Shown here one piece after another: positions 11,436 through 24,800 of a DNA stretch of 64,000 nucleotides (position 1 is the first letter of the stretch; every line of letters begins with the position of its first letter). The DNA lies in NCBI GenBank assembly GCA_050084985.1, contig JBITNC010000001.1:98270001-98334000 (forward strand), read 5' to 3'. The notes beneath the pieces are model-generated. The model made no database searches. It was not told where the DNA came from and saw nothing but the letters and a program-made list of their open reading frames with translations. Origin of the DNA: Nageia nagi (lineage: Eukaryota > Plantae > Pinophyta). Both the position numbers and the translations under genes were made by a program.

Positions 11436-14400
11436 TTTTTGTCAATTTATGGAAGGGGAGATAATTAGATAATTATGCTTATATTAAAAAAATTAAACAC
11501 AATAGCAACCATAAACAAGAATAATAGCATCATTGGTTGTTGTGTTCCCTTGATCTCCCTTCATGGATCTTTGATTTTTTTTTTTGAAGAAAGAAATTGA
11601 AGGGGAATCTCGCTAGAATTCTATTCCAATCTTAAAATTTGGAATCCACTAAGAGAAGGATCCTCCTATAGTGATGGCTTACCTCCTCACTACCATCCTC
11701 TCCTTCTCCCACTACTCTTTGATCTAAAAAAAATAGGGGGGGATGTGCAAAGTTTAAAATGACTTTTCCTCCAGGCCTTTTTCAAATAGGGCCCCCTCAT
11801 GGACCTTTAGCCCCATAGCTCCTTCACCTTCAGTGTCTTGCATTGCTTCTTATCAGTGTGGTGAAACCTGCACCCACCAAATGCTTGCGACCTCCTTGTG
11901 GTCAAAAAAATAAGCAGTTGGTTTTGTTACGATCCAAAAAATGACATCTTGGAGAAATTACAACTTATAACCAACCATCGTTTCCTGACTATTAAAGATA
12001 TTATTGGCACCACTCAGACTTGAACTGGAGACCTTTAATGTGTTAGATTGACATGATGGTAGCTTATCTTTGTTAGAGGATCCTTCATGTGCCCTTGTGC
12101 TGCCTCATGGTGCCTCCCTTTTCCCTCGCATGGCTAGTATTTTCCCTCCATCATGTCTTCTTGCTATGCATGGACCTAACCTCCATAGGTGTCCTTGAAA
12201 AAAGAAACATTGCATGCCTTGCAAGTTTTTTTTTCCTAGTGGCAGACCCTATGATGGATGCTAGATGTATTATTATTATTACTTAAGCCTTAAAATCAAT
12301 TTTATTTAATGAGCTTCTTTTTTCCACACCCTGCCAAAGTGGGTGACACTATAATGAATGAAGTGACTTATATTATTTTTTGGTGGTAAGTGGTCTATTA
12401 TTCATATATGGACATTTTTTTTAAAAGGGATACCTTATTTTTTCAAACAAGTCTTTAATTGACATGATGCCATATATTTTTACCTTATTCCACATTACCA
12501 CTTGATAAGATCACATATTTTTTAATGTTTTAACTATGCCTTAACTACATTTATTTCATTAGATGTTACCAGCACTTATTTCCTTGTCCTTCTTCACTTG
12601 GCTTGATAAAAGTTTTTTCACAATTATTATACCCTTTTGTGGTATGGATGATGCTGGGCGCTACTCCTAGTCTCTTTTTTTTTATGCACATTTCTTAATT
12701 TACATTAAGCTACAATCAAAGCTTTAAAGGTATCATACAAATGAGAACCATTGTGTGTTTTTTAAGCTTGAATCTCTTTCAGAAAGTCTATTTTAACCCC
12801 CTCTACAAAAATTTGAATCTTTATCTCGTGATGAGGGTGGCATGCCAGGGGCCTTACCCTTTGGAACCCTGTAAGGAGCGTAAAACTCAATTGTTGGAGG
12901 GAGTCCAACATGCTTACATTTAGTGCACCTATTATTCGACATGCTCAAGTTTAATCTTTCATATCTAAGATTAAGTATTTTTTTTTCAACCTTATTACTG
13001 CACTCTTGTGGGACCCCCTTAACCCATGCATTTTTTTAAAACAATGTGAGGTATGTTCCACTTCACATTACTTTTATCCCACATATGTTATGCTATGATG
13101 TTTCAACCCCTTTACATTCAACCTTGTTTCATTCTACAAGCATGAGGGTTCGTTCACCAGGTAATCTCAAATTACTATGCACCTTCATCGGGTGATCATA
13201 CTTATTTTCTGCATATGAATCAAGTTTTTTACTTCTATAACTCTTTTAATGCATTTTTTTCTTATGTCCTTTATTACACCCAAGAAAAAGGGGGAGGATG
13301 CATTAAATCTTATATTAAAAGCACCAAATCTTATATTAAAAATGTGTATACTTAAACATTAAGTATTTTATGCACTAATCCTTTCTTGTAAAATTTAGCA
13401 TTAACTATGAATTCATAAATTACACTTATACAAATAAGCACTATCTATATTGCATTATTATGTTTTATGTGCATCATTGTTTAAGATGTCTTTAAATTGA
13501 AATTATTGTATTTGAGGCTTTTTTTCCTTATCTTAAGAATTTGGAAATTTATCTAATAAATAATTTGGTACAAGATAGAAGCAAAAATAATATTTATTAA
13601 TTCTGTAAAGTTCCACTCACATGCCCAAGTGGATAGTCAAACTAAGTAGAATCATTGGCATGATCAAGAGAGTTGAAGTGAGAACTCTCAAGATCTGTGA
13701 TAGGTGAACTGGGTATATTGAATAAAGCAGCATGAGTGATCGGGGAGAAACAACATCATATATAAAAAAAGGGTAGTATACCCATTGATCATCTTCTTGA
13801 GTTAGTTGTAAAATATAAATGGACTCCCAATGAAAATCATGTTGCCATACATAAACGCAATGGTATAGGGGTGATAGTACTCATGAGGATGTAACATGGT
13901 AGGACCTACATAATGCAAAAAATGGTAGACAAAAGGTGTCAAAGAATAGTAAAGGATGATCTTCCATGTTTAGTTCGGATGATAAACAAGTGTGATTATG
14001 AGGTGCAACTGCTTGGCATCCTCCAAATGATGGATAAATTTGATGGCCCATCGAAGAATAATTCGATGATCCTATATGCAAATCAGGTTTTATCGTAAAG
14101 CAGTTTATAGTGTAGTGCAAGCATGTTGTATGAATCACCTTTGAATAAGTCAATAAAGAACTTCTTAAAGAAGATCATATAAAAACCTTAAAAAATGGTC
14201 ATATCCATGATGGATGACAAGTGAGTTAGATCTTCTTAGGGTTATACATAGTGAACATGATGAGATCAAATAGAACAATGAACTTATAGAATTACAAACT
14301 AATTAGATCATCAATCATAAATAGGAAATTAAAATGGATCAACCATGCAAGCATAATAACCAATGTAATCATGTATTTATTTTATTAAAACGCTAGAAAA

Positions 14401-16039
14401 ATTTCCATTAATAAGTCCAAGTGGGTTGTGCTTTTGACATGATTATGCTAATCTGGTGAATGGTCATCAAAATCAGAAGAATTAGCATCATCTTCAGATA
14501 TGCTAAAATTTGATGTGTCCAATCTTAAAAAATATTGATGTGAAAGAGGCAAAAAGTGATAAGAAAAAGAAAATTAATGATATAAAATATGATATCCACC
14601 TCACCAAGCAACGTAAAAAGAGTACATGGATGATCACTATAGCCTATGTTGATGAACTACCCATGTAATAGTGAGTGGTTTGAAATACTCCTATGGATGT
14701 AGGGAAGGCAGTCTAATATAGCATACGAATTGCAAAAGATAACGATTAAATAGAGTATAAACCATTATATGCAATCAAGCCGACTAAGCAAATGAAATAA
14801 TAGGTGAACATGATCATCATGATTGAGATGAAAAATCATGCAAATACCATAATAATCATTTAGGTACAATTGAAAAAATACTAGTTACTATTGCAATAAA
14901 ACCTTAAAGGCAATCAAAGCATGATTTTCTAAAGCTGTATGAATGCTGTGATGCACTATGTTATCCTGGAGATCACTCGATAGGGCATGAAACTAAGAAA
15001 TATCCATGAAAGATAACTAAAAATAAAAGATTTTAGCTCAAATCATAAATGCAAAGCACCAAATGATAAGCGAGGATCATTTACAGCTACTTATAATGTA
15101 AATGATTTAATATAATCAAACTATAATAATTATGACAACTAAAGATAAGGATTAATTAGACAATGAATCTACGAAGATAAAATATCTCACCTACCACTCA
15201 TTTAATTGATTAATATCATACACATCACATCATGTCAAGATTGCAATAATGATAGTACTACTAAGCCACGTGATGACTAAGTAATAGTGGTATCACTATA
15301 TTATTTTTATCTCTCCTTGACTATTAAATTAGATTGTTTAATCATGAGTAATAAGTTGATCATCATGACTCCCATAGAGAATTTTGTCACACACATGGGA
15401 AGTCCTTCCTTGAATTTTGACAAGGAAATAAACATATGGGTAGACTTAGAGAATGCCTACCTTCACCACTAATTGGTTAAATAAAGGTTGAGATGGAGAT
15501 AATGGGCCATCGTTATGATATGTTACAAAAATAAAAAGCTATATGCATATAGTATTACCATGAACTCTTAGTTGAGCAAAATAAACTACTAGTTGAGAAA
15601 AATTTATAGCAATCAAAGAAAAAGAGAATGATATACAAATTAGCCATGATGCAAGCAATAGCCATTATGGAATGCGATGATTAAAAAAAAAGTGAAAAAA
15701 AAGAACTCCCTGTATAAGGATATCCTTGAACCCTTTGCTATTCACATTCCAAAAGAAATAGCATCTAAATCTTCTATGGGTCCTGCAAAAGTTGGACCAT
15801 AATCTCAATCACAGCAATTAGATGCTCTGGTATGGAATGGACTTTCTTACACAAAACCTATGCATCTTTTATTCATCAAGCCTATTTTTGAAGTTAGGTT
15901 GGTGAAATATCCCTCCAGGAGAAGTATTGGTTGAATTCTTATTGAATTATTTATTCACTATTGTAATATATATGCAAACTTTGTTGATGATTCGTATTCA
16001 AAACCCAAACCTTTTTTTTTTTACATTTTTCTTGATTGG

Positions 16040-16392
16040 TTGACTATAAGTATTGGCTTGGCATCTCTATGATGACTTATAATGCAACCAAAATCCAAAC
16101 CCTTTATTTTTAAAAGCAAGTTCTTGATGAAACAATTGCAGCTCTGTTCATCTACATTTTTTTTACTTCTATGTTAGAAAATTAGATCCATTTTGATAGA
16201 TTGTGTTACAGTGCTAAATCCAACATCTTTTATTGATGGATTTTGTTACATTACTAAATCCATGCATCTTTTATTAACTATAAGTATTAGCTTGGCATCC
16301 TCCATGATGACTTATAGTGCAACATAAAATTCAAATATCTTTTGGGGATTATAAGTATTAGCTTGGCATCTCCGTGATGACTTATAGTGCAT
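16040..16392. repeat. Three dispersed copies of a ~48-bp motif
   Basis: (g/a)actataagtatt(g/a)gcttggcatc...tgatgacttata(a/g)tgca occurs at about 16042, 16276 and 16347. Confidence 0.85.
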
Positions 16393-16561
16393 TAGTGGCC
16401 ACACTCTTTTTTACTTCCATGATGATGGAAGATAAATCCATGATGATGGATTATTTACATATTGTTGATAAAATTTGGATCATTTTGATTGATTCATGCT
16501 ACCAATTTCATCATTTCTCTCTTAACTAGTAGCATGGTTAAGATGAACTTCTAATTATAAA

Positions 16562-16722
16562 ATCTTGACTCACTCTTGGTAAAGTCAAGTTTATTTATTG
16601 TGGCATCTTGACTCACTCTTGGTAAAATCAAGCTTATTTATTATGCCTTCTTGACTTACACTTGGTAAAGTCAAGTATATTTCATATGTGATATCTTGAC
16701 CTACTATTGGTAAAGTCACGTT
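16562..16722. repeat. 43-45-bp tandem repeat, 4 copies, each with an internal inverted repeat
   Basis: atcttgactcactcttggtaaagtcaag occurs at 16562, 16605, 16648 and 16693, with a diverged fifth copy at about 16808. Confidence 0.9.
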
Positions 16723-16937
16723 TCTTTATGGAACCTTATGGCTTTATGCATTTTAATGTGGTAATTAATATGGCATTTTGTGCCTTATGATATTTTTTTT
16801 CCTTTAAATCTTGACATCACTATTGGTCAAGTTGGCATTTATTCTTAGCATGATTCATGTCACATTGTCACACATGTATTTGTTTGAAGAAGTTATCATC
16901 AAGGGGGAGAAAATGTCAGGTTTTAATATGATGACAA

Positions 16938-17064
16938 CCCTCATATAAAATAAATACAAAAGAAAGAATGATAAATAGTACCCTCATATAAAACAAATAC
17001 AAAAGAAAGAATGATAAACAGTACCCTTCATATAAAATAAATAAAAAAGAAATAATGATAAACC
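16938..17064. repeat. 43-bp tandem repeat, 3 copies
   Basis: ccctcatataaaataaatacaaaagaaagaatgataaa(t/c)agta occurs three times. Confidence 0.9.
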
Positions 17065-17552
17065 ACAAAGACAAATGAAAATTAAAAAAATCAATTTTTT
17101 AATTTTTGATGCATATCAATTGGTTGATAGTGCACATGTCTTGATATATGCACATATGATATTCTTAGATATCATAGTTGATGATTTATGTCATCCTTGT
17201 TGTTGTGCATTTATGATTTCTTGACATCTTTATATGTTTTAGTGTATAGTATGATTCGATTCATGTTGATATGAATGTATAATGCTTCTAACTGATCTTG
17301 TTATAAGCTGATTGTAGTTTACAGGTTTTCTCTAAAAGATTGCATGTTACTTGTGACAACAGCTATGAGACTTCTTAGCTTTTGGCATTTGGATCTTCAA
17401 CCTTCTCTCTTTTATATAAAGTTTCAAAAGGTCTCCTGTCTCTCAAAATTGTAAAGCCTTGTTTAGATATATGTACACTTTGTAGCATGAGTAAAAACTT
17501 TTTGTAAAATTATTATTTTTCTAATCATTCCCAAAATAACATTAAGGGGGAG

Positions 17553-18154
17553 TGTTAGAACTATAATGTTATTTAGGATATTATGTAATTAATATGCTTA
17601 GTATATTAATAATCACCTAAATTTGGTTATTAGGTGATAATGAGATTCATGCATGGTGGGTGGAATAGTATTCTCCACCCAACTTAAAATAATATTGTTA
17701 GGTGGAATAGTGTCTCCATTAACAATTAAATGTAATTTTTAAATTGCAACTTAGAGTTAACTAACCAATTATGATTAGGTTAGTTAACTACCTAAGGTTA
17801 GTTGTGAGTCCTATAAAAGGAGCTCATATTGTGAACATAGGTATGGGGATGAAGATGAGAAGTGGATAGAATTATATTTGTTAGTATAGATCTTAGTTAG
17901 TAAGATTTCAAGCATTCAAGCTATGCTTCATGCTAAGAAGAGTCATGGTTGAGATCCATATGAGTGTACATTATTTAAGAGTATAGTGAAAAAGAGACTT
18001 AAAGTGGAGTACTCCATGTGATGGAGGAACCACTATACATCTTGTATTACTACGTGAGAATGCTTCTTGAGTTCTTAATTTAGAATGATTGATTGCTATA
18101 TTAGATGAAGGTCCTATAAGTGTTCTTGGGTTATGGAATCCCTCAATTCCATCA
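17553..18154 (+). repeat. 3' LTR (602 bp)
   Basis: tgttagaactataatg...ttccatca. It is colinear with the 5' LTR apart from about 40 extra bp at about 17680-17720 that duplicate ggtggaatagt.tctcca. Confidence 0.92.
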
Positions 18155-19399
18155 TCCTATAAAGTGTTTAATTGGATTTTAATCTATACTTAGATAATGT
18201 TTATTTACTATAACTTAGAGTGATTTAATGAGGGCTTTACGAATTAGCTTGAAAGCTATTATTAGAATTAAACCATTTATTTTATAAAAGGGGTTAAAAA
18301 TATAAACTCTATAAAGCTAATTGAACTTGGATTTGATAATTGTGAGGATGCATGGAACACAATATTTATTGGGAATGCCTTTACAATGAGAAGGTTAATG
18401 AATATAGTTAAAATTATCACTATTTGGTTTATGAAAATATCCCCACAATTGGATCTTTTTTTGTAGAATGCATGGAACATGGTATTTATTGAAATAGTCA
18501 TTGATAAGGTTCTTCGTTAATGATAGAATTTTATTTGAATCTTGGTTGAATGTTTTCCTTTGATAAAATTATACTTTATGGTTGAGGAAGGGAGGTAGCT
18601 TCAATAAGGCGTAAAACCTCCAGAGATCATATGTATAGAGTATAAAAATTAGTTAAATGGTGTATAGGAATTTTATTGGATGAATTGATGCATGTAGCAT
18701 AATGGTCATTCAAAGAGCTACCCTGATCCTCGCAATGCTTGAAAACCTTCCCTAGTACTTACGACCACTCTCTCTTCAAACATTGGGAATTTCATGAAAT
18801 GAAGATGGCACGAGAGAAGATGAAGACCCCTCCCTACCATGAAGCTCATTGGATGAGAAGTAAACAAATGATATATTTGATTTATTTGGTTCAAAAGATA
18901 TTATTTTGATGTATTAATTATGTAATGGGTTAGCAAGGGGAATAAATAACATAACTTTCAAAAAATAAACTATGATCATTGTATTGTAAGATGTAGAGTA
19001 TAGGATTTGGAAATTAATTTTGAGATGAATAGAGAGTATTGAAGTAAAGGATCATGCTCATACACAATTAGAGATATAAAAAGCACCTTATTGAATGGTC
19101 AATATAGAATAGTAATACAAACTAAACAAAGTTTAATCCCATAATTATACCTTTGATTGCATGATAATCATTGATGGTTATATAGATTATTGCAAGTTAT
19201 TAGGATGTGATCTTGATAATATATGCTAGACCTATCTCACTCATATGTTAGGGTTTTTAAATATTTTGCAAGGTAAATATTTCAAAAAGTAGTTAGAACT
19301 AAGTATTAATACAATCCTTTCTAGAATTTGAAGTATATCACTTACAAGTTATGTGTAAAAGGAGGATACAAATATTTTAGCAACCTATTGAAATAAAAG

Positions 19400-20100
19400 G
19401 TCTAATAATCATGGAATTTAAGATTTAACGTTCAAAGGAAACCATCAAACCTAGTCCACAATAAAGATAGAATAAGTTCCTACAATCATATGAATAAGGA
19501 TGCCAAATAAAATTAGAGCACACACATAACGGGATACTGCACACAAGTGAGGTGGCCTTGCATGTTGAACATGCCTTAATACTTACCTAGGGAAGGTAGT
19601 ATCTAGGTAAAGCATAAAGAGCATCATCATCTAGTCCATGTGGGATAAAAGATTTGCAAGTAATAGACTATCCACAAGGATTATTTAAAAAAAAGGGTCT
19701 AAAATTTTGAGGTTAAGTATAAAGAAGGGTAGCGTTACATTGATATTCATTAATGATCATTCATGAACTCACATCATCATTTGAAATGAGCCATTAGAAG
19801 TATTTTACAAAGGATATACAAACTAAATTTATAATTTACCTATGTGGACCCACTTAGAAAAATATGCATTAAGATTATTCTACTTTTGAGATATTTACTT
19901 AAATTAATCTTGATTCACCCAAAGTGGTTCCAAATAAAATACTTAGATAAAATAATTTTATTTTTTTAAAGTATTTTGTGTTGATTTCTATATAAATTTA
20001 TAAGATTGATGTTTTGGGTTCAATATATAGGAACCATCATGAAAATTACTGAATGAAGAAAATGAAGTATTACTTTCTTTTTTAAGTAGAGATTTATATT
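19400..20100 (+). mobile_element. Very old Ty1/copia pol remnant (integrase region)
   Basis: Scattered motifs GKA/HLVHV, LIFINDHS and LCGP, all interrupted and partly out of order. Confidence 0.3.
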
Positions 20101-21475
20101 GTCCAATTTCACAAGATAAACGATGAACTCATAAAAAAATTAATAATTTTAAATAATTGAAATACAAATTTAAATGTCTATACAAATTGAAAAAGGGTAA
20201 GCTCTCAAAATTTAATACACATTAAGAAACCCAACTTATGGAACCTTAGGTTAATGTAGATATTCAAAGAATTTACTATAGTACAACTAAATTCAAAGTT
20301 TTCCATCTTGACTATTTGATCAATCCTTTTGATTTTTTTACGTCAAGAGGCGTAACTACAATGGCAACCAAGGGGTAGGGAGCTAAAATGTCCCTTTGTC
20401 TGTATGTCCATCATCAAGAGCCAATTCTATTAATTATTTTAAATATAAATTTAATAACAACATAACTATATTAAATTGTTACTGTATTAATCTTATACGT
20501 TGGTTATTTAAATTTTTTAATATACATTTGATGTAAACATTAGTTTCCAAATTATTATATTATCACCAGTGAAATAGGTTATAATCTATATTATTGACAA
20601 TGTAATAATTTTAAGAAATACTTTCTAAATTATTCAAAAATGATATCTTTCGACATTTTTTGATATATATAAAAGATTATATCAAAGCTAGTCAATATAA
20701 TTGTAACAAGATGTTAGCTAAAATGATTTCCATTCTATGATAAACTATATACCTATAAATTAAAGAAGTATCATTTTAAAATGCAAATGTTACATATTCA
20801 TTATTGATGATATAAATAATCTAAAATGTTAAATATGTTAATATAAATCATCAATTCAAACTATATAATACATATTAATTTATATTTTACAACTAATTAA
20901 AATTAATCTTATGCTTCCCATGTTATTATGCCAAGTAAGTCATTCTATTATATTTTGTTATATGTTCTACTTTGAAATTATATTTTATTCTATGTTCCAT
21001 AACTATATTATCTTAAGACTTGACTTCCTTGCAAGCCAATCCACATGGATCTTATCTCCACAGCACGAAGTGAGCTAGATTAGCTTCAATAATGGTAGGT
21101 CAGTTGAGTTATTTTGTTGACAGATTTTGAATTTGAGCGGTTTTAATGGATATATCATTTCACCGCCACATTTAGATGGAAGAATTCGAACGTGTTGGAA
21201 TTTTAATTTGTTGGAAATGATCCGTTAGAAAGGGAGAATAAATCCGGCTTTGAAAAGATAACATCTATTTTTCAATTCAAACGGTGCTATCCTGCTTGGT
21301 TTTTCTACTGTGTTGGTTTGGGTGCTATGGCCATGGCCATGGCTTGGGATTGGTTTGTGTTCATTATTTTGCTTTTGACTCGTTTCTGTGTTTATTATTT
21401 TTTATGTGATTTGTTTTTGTTATTTTGTCTGTTATTTGATTTTGTTTTGTGAATTCTTTTTGTGCTGTTGAGAAA

Positions 21476-22997
21476 TTACCCTTTTCTCTTCCATGATTAC
21501 TATTTTCTATTTTTGAGATGGTTAATTCATCTTTTTTTCAACTTTTCTGAAGGCATAGAAACAAAGTTTGTGGTGGCATCAGCTTCGCATTATCATGAGG
21601 GTGCATCCTTAGGGTTTCGGTATGTTTTTTTTTTTTTTTAATTATTTTTAATTTCTTTTGACCAAAATTATTTTCTGGTTTTTTTCCTTCATGGCGGGGT
21701 AAAATGATATAAGATTTTAGAAACTGACTTCTATGTGTTTGAAGATTGCATAGCAATAGGATGATGAATAGGAACGAAGTTTGTGATGGGCATAGCATTG
21801 CATTTTCTTAGGTATGTTCTTTTAATTTCTTTACTTTCAAGATCAACAATTATTTGATGTTTCATTTTTTTTATTTGCGTAAAATGATATAAAATTGCAA
21901 CTAACTCATAAAATAGACTGGCCAACTAGAAGGACGACTTCGATCATGGAACCTTCTTTTCGACCATCCCATAATATATACTTTAGCTCTATTATACTTT
22001 CTCTATCTACGACAGAATTAGCTGATAGCCACATAGAGAAAGAGCAAGAGAACCATAAAAATATAAATAATATAAGAATAAACCTGAAAGTTCTAAGAGC
22101 AATGCACCATCCAGCCTTTATTGCTAATACATATAGAATCCATCTACTACAAAATTAGCTGACACCACATAGCAGATACCTATAACAAATTAAGTTAGAA
22201 AAGGTCCATTGAAAGAAAAATTAGATGAAAATGTAATAGCATCTTCAAGCATGTTTTAGATTCATACTTACTTTTTATTTTAGGTCTATTACAACTACAA
22301 AAGCAATAATCCAAAAGAAAGTCTACTACGATTAAGGAGGAACATTAGGAAATATGAGTATTGTTGAATGGGCATTAAAGGAGGAGCGTGAATGGTATAA
22401 TAGGTCCGTTTCCATTACCAGAACGAAGATGCTCTCATTCCATTACTCTTTGGTGGGAATGTCAAACACGACGGATTCTATCTTATTCGTGATCGGATTC
22501 GCCTTATTCCATTCGGGGTTGGCCAGCCTATTTAATGAGTTGCAAATTTTATATCATTTTACCGAGCAATGAAGGAAATGGAATAAAAATAATTGCTGGT
22601 CCATAAAAGAAAAGAAATTAAAAGAATTAAAAAAACATAAAAACTTGAGGATGCTCTGTCAGGAAAATCGATGTTCTGCCCATCACAAACTTTGTTCTTA
22701 TTTATCGTCCATTGCTATGCCATCTTACATAGAGCCAAAGAAACAGTTTCTAGAATCCTATATCATTTTACCCCGCAATAAAGGAAAAAGAACATAAAAT
22801 AATTGTTGGTCAAAGAAATTAAAAAGAATTAAAAAAAGCATACCGAAAACCCTAAAGATGCACCTTGAGGAAAATGCGATGCTGGTTCCCATCACAAGCT
22901 TTGTTCCTATACCATCTTCAGACATAGTGGAGAAGAGGAGATGAATTAACCATCTCAAAAATAAAAAATAGCAGTCACTGGGATAGAAAAGGGTAAC
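21476..22997. repeat. Large imperfect inverted repeat (foldback): arms about 21476-21950 and 22485-22997, spacer about 535 bp
   Basis: Colinear reverse-complement blocks: ttacccttttct/agaaaagggtaa; tttgagatggttaattcatc/gatgaattaaccatctcaaa; ggtgcatc.ttagggtttcggtatg/cataccgaaaaccctaaagatgcacc; gcggggtaaaatgatata/tatatcattttaccccgc; gtttgtgatgggca/tgcccatcacaaac; ctggccaac/gttggccag. Confidence 0.9.
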
Positions 22998-23742
22998 GAG
23001 GAGGTTGAATTGGGTATATGCTTTTAACTCTATTGCACTTTCTCTCACTATTCGATTCAATCCAATGGAAGTAGTTTGAGCTTTGTTGATTCAATCCAAT
23101 GGAAGTAGTTTGAACTTTGAAGGACTAATTGTAATGCATCATTCCTTAATGAACACTAATGCCACCCTCAACTTAATAGTTCATACATATTGCCTTACTC
23201 TAGGATTCTCTTGATGAAAGTAATCAAAGCTTGGTTTAAATGATAGTTTTTAGTTTCACCTTAATGAAATTGTGATGGGTACTTAGTTTATATATTTTTC
23301 TATAACTCAACTAAATCCTGTTTACATAAGGATTGAGTTTGCACATTTTCTACATGTTAAACTAAATCTGAATCTGTTACCGAGTTGCTAAATCTGAATC
23401 ACAGTCTCATATATGCTGTGGACATTCACTAACTAGAGGGGTTTCATTAACAGTCCATTGACAACATGTTTTCCTATTGTCTAACTACATGGGAATTGTT
23501 GTAAGCTAGCATGGTACACCCAATAGAAAGGCACACATTTACAGAACCATGCATGCTTTTAGCGTTCTTTTGAGCGTATATTATGCATTGTATACACATG
23601 TTTCTCCAGGAGTAACATTGTAACAATGACCTAATAGAATTATATTTCATTCATTCTTTCCAGGTAATGTTACCATCACCTACCTAAGACTTTCTTAGAA
23701 ATGGATGTTAAATTTAAAATTGTTAATATATGCAATAGTTCA

Positions 23743-24276
23743 TAACCACATCATATATTTTTGTTAGTGCAAGACAACAACATGTTTTTTGAATGTGGAA
23801 GACAACATGTTTTTGTTTGTGCACAAGGAGATCCATCTAAATTGTTGTCAATGTGAAGCGGTGTTTTCCAACAGAAGACAATCATGGAAATGGAGATGGG
23901 CAATTGGGCATACAAGACTCATATTGGGTATACAAGACTCTCATGGAATGTAAAGTTATTTCTTTGTTAGAGCATTTCTTACTTGTAATTTGTCAAACTA
24001 CTGTGAATCATATATTTGTCAAACTAATTTCTTACTTGTAACCACATCATATATTTTTTTTAGTGCAAGACATCATCATCTTTTTGAATGTGGAAGACAA
24101 CATGTTTTTGTTTGTGCACAAGTAGATCCATCTAAATTGTTGTCAATATGAAGCAGATTCTTCCAACAGAAGACGGTCATGGAAATGGAGGTGGGCATAC
24201 AAGACTTTCATGGAATGTGAAGTTGTTTCTTTGTTAGATAATTTTTTACTTGTAATTTGTCAAACTCCTGTGAATC
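23743..24276. repeat. Tandem duplication of about 295 bp
   Basis: taaccacatcatatatttttt...gtaatttgtcaaact.ctgtgaatc occurs at about 23743-24009 and 24039-24276. Confidence 0.9.
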
Positions 24277-24487
24277 TTGGCTGATTGCAAGTAAGACATA
24301 TTCTTGCATACATTTAAGAAAGCAAAAGTTGAAGAATATTACATGGATGTCAAAAGATTATTGAGGTATATTTATGTTTAGTTTCCTATTGTCTCAAAAC
24401 AAACAAAAATGAAATTTGCTAATATGAATCCAAAACAAATAAACAAAAGATCATTGAGGTAATGATATGCACTTGAAACTCGGAATC

Positions 24488-24800
24488 TATGTTTGCTTCT
24501 AGTTTGGGCGGTTGTGATCCAAGATGTGCTTTTGATTTATTCTTTGTTGAGCATTTGTGCTTGCCTTTGGTCTGGGTGATTGTCTTTCTTTCTACAAATG
24601 TGTCTTTCTTTCTATCTTGTTGGGCATCTGTGCTTGCTTTTAGTTTGGGTGACTATCTTTCTTTCTACAATGTTCTTTCTTTCTATCTTGGTGGGTGTTT
24701 GTGCTTATTTCTAGTTTGGGTGGTTATCTTTCTTTCTGTCAATGTGTCTTTCTTTTTGTCTTGTTAGGCGTTTGTGCTTGTTTCTAGTCTAGGTGGTTGG
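24488..24800. repeat. Pyrimidine-rich tandem repeat of about 72 bp, about 4 copies
   Basis: t(t/c)tgtgcttg...tgggtg...tctttctttct...tctttctttctatcttg occurs at 24554, 24627, 24698 and 24771, with a diverged copy at 24488. Confidence 0.85.

Larger units (their letters stand above)
10274..18154 (+). mobile_element. Complete non-autonomous (LARD-like) LTR retrotransposon, 7.9 kb
   Basis: LTR pair 10274-10833 and 17553-18154. Exact TSD TCCTA at 10269-10273 and 18155-18159. tRNA-iMet PBS tggtatcaaagc at 10836-10847. PPT aagggggag at 17544-17552. No gag or pol motif was recognised in the 6.7-kb interior. Confidence 0.92.

Noticed and set aside
16562-16722. Mini CRISPR-like hairpin repeat array
   Set aside because: The linkers are only about 15 bp and are related to each other, so this is an ordinary tandem repeat.
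20343-20400. hAT-like terminus (caagaggcgtaacta...)
   Set aside because: No matching second terminal inverted repeat or 8-bp TSD was found.
21538-23060. ORFs of 64-100 aa within the foldback
   Set aside because: They are low-complexity, are not conserved in frame between the two arms, and have no recognisable domain.
24489-24767. Hydrophobic 92-aa ORF resembling a membrane protein
   Set aside because: It is the translation of a T-rich 72-bp tandem repeat.
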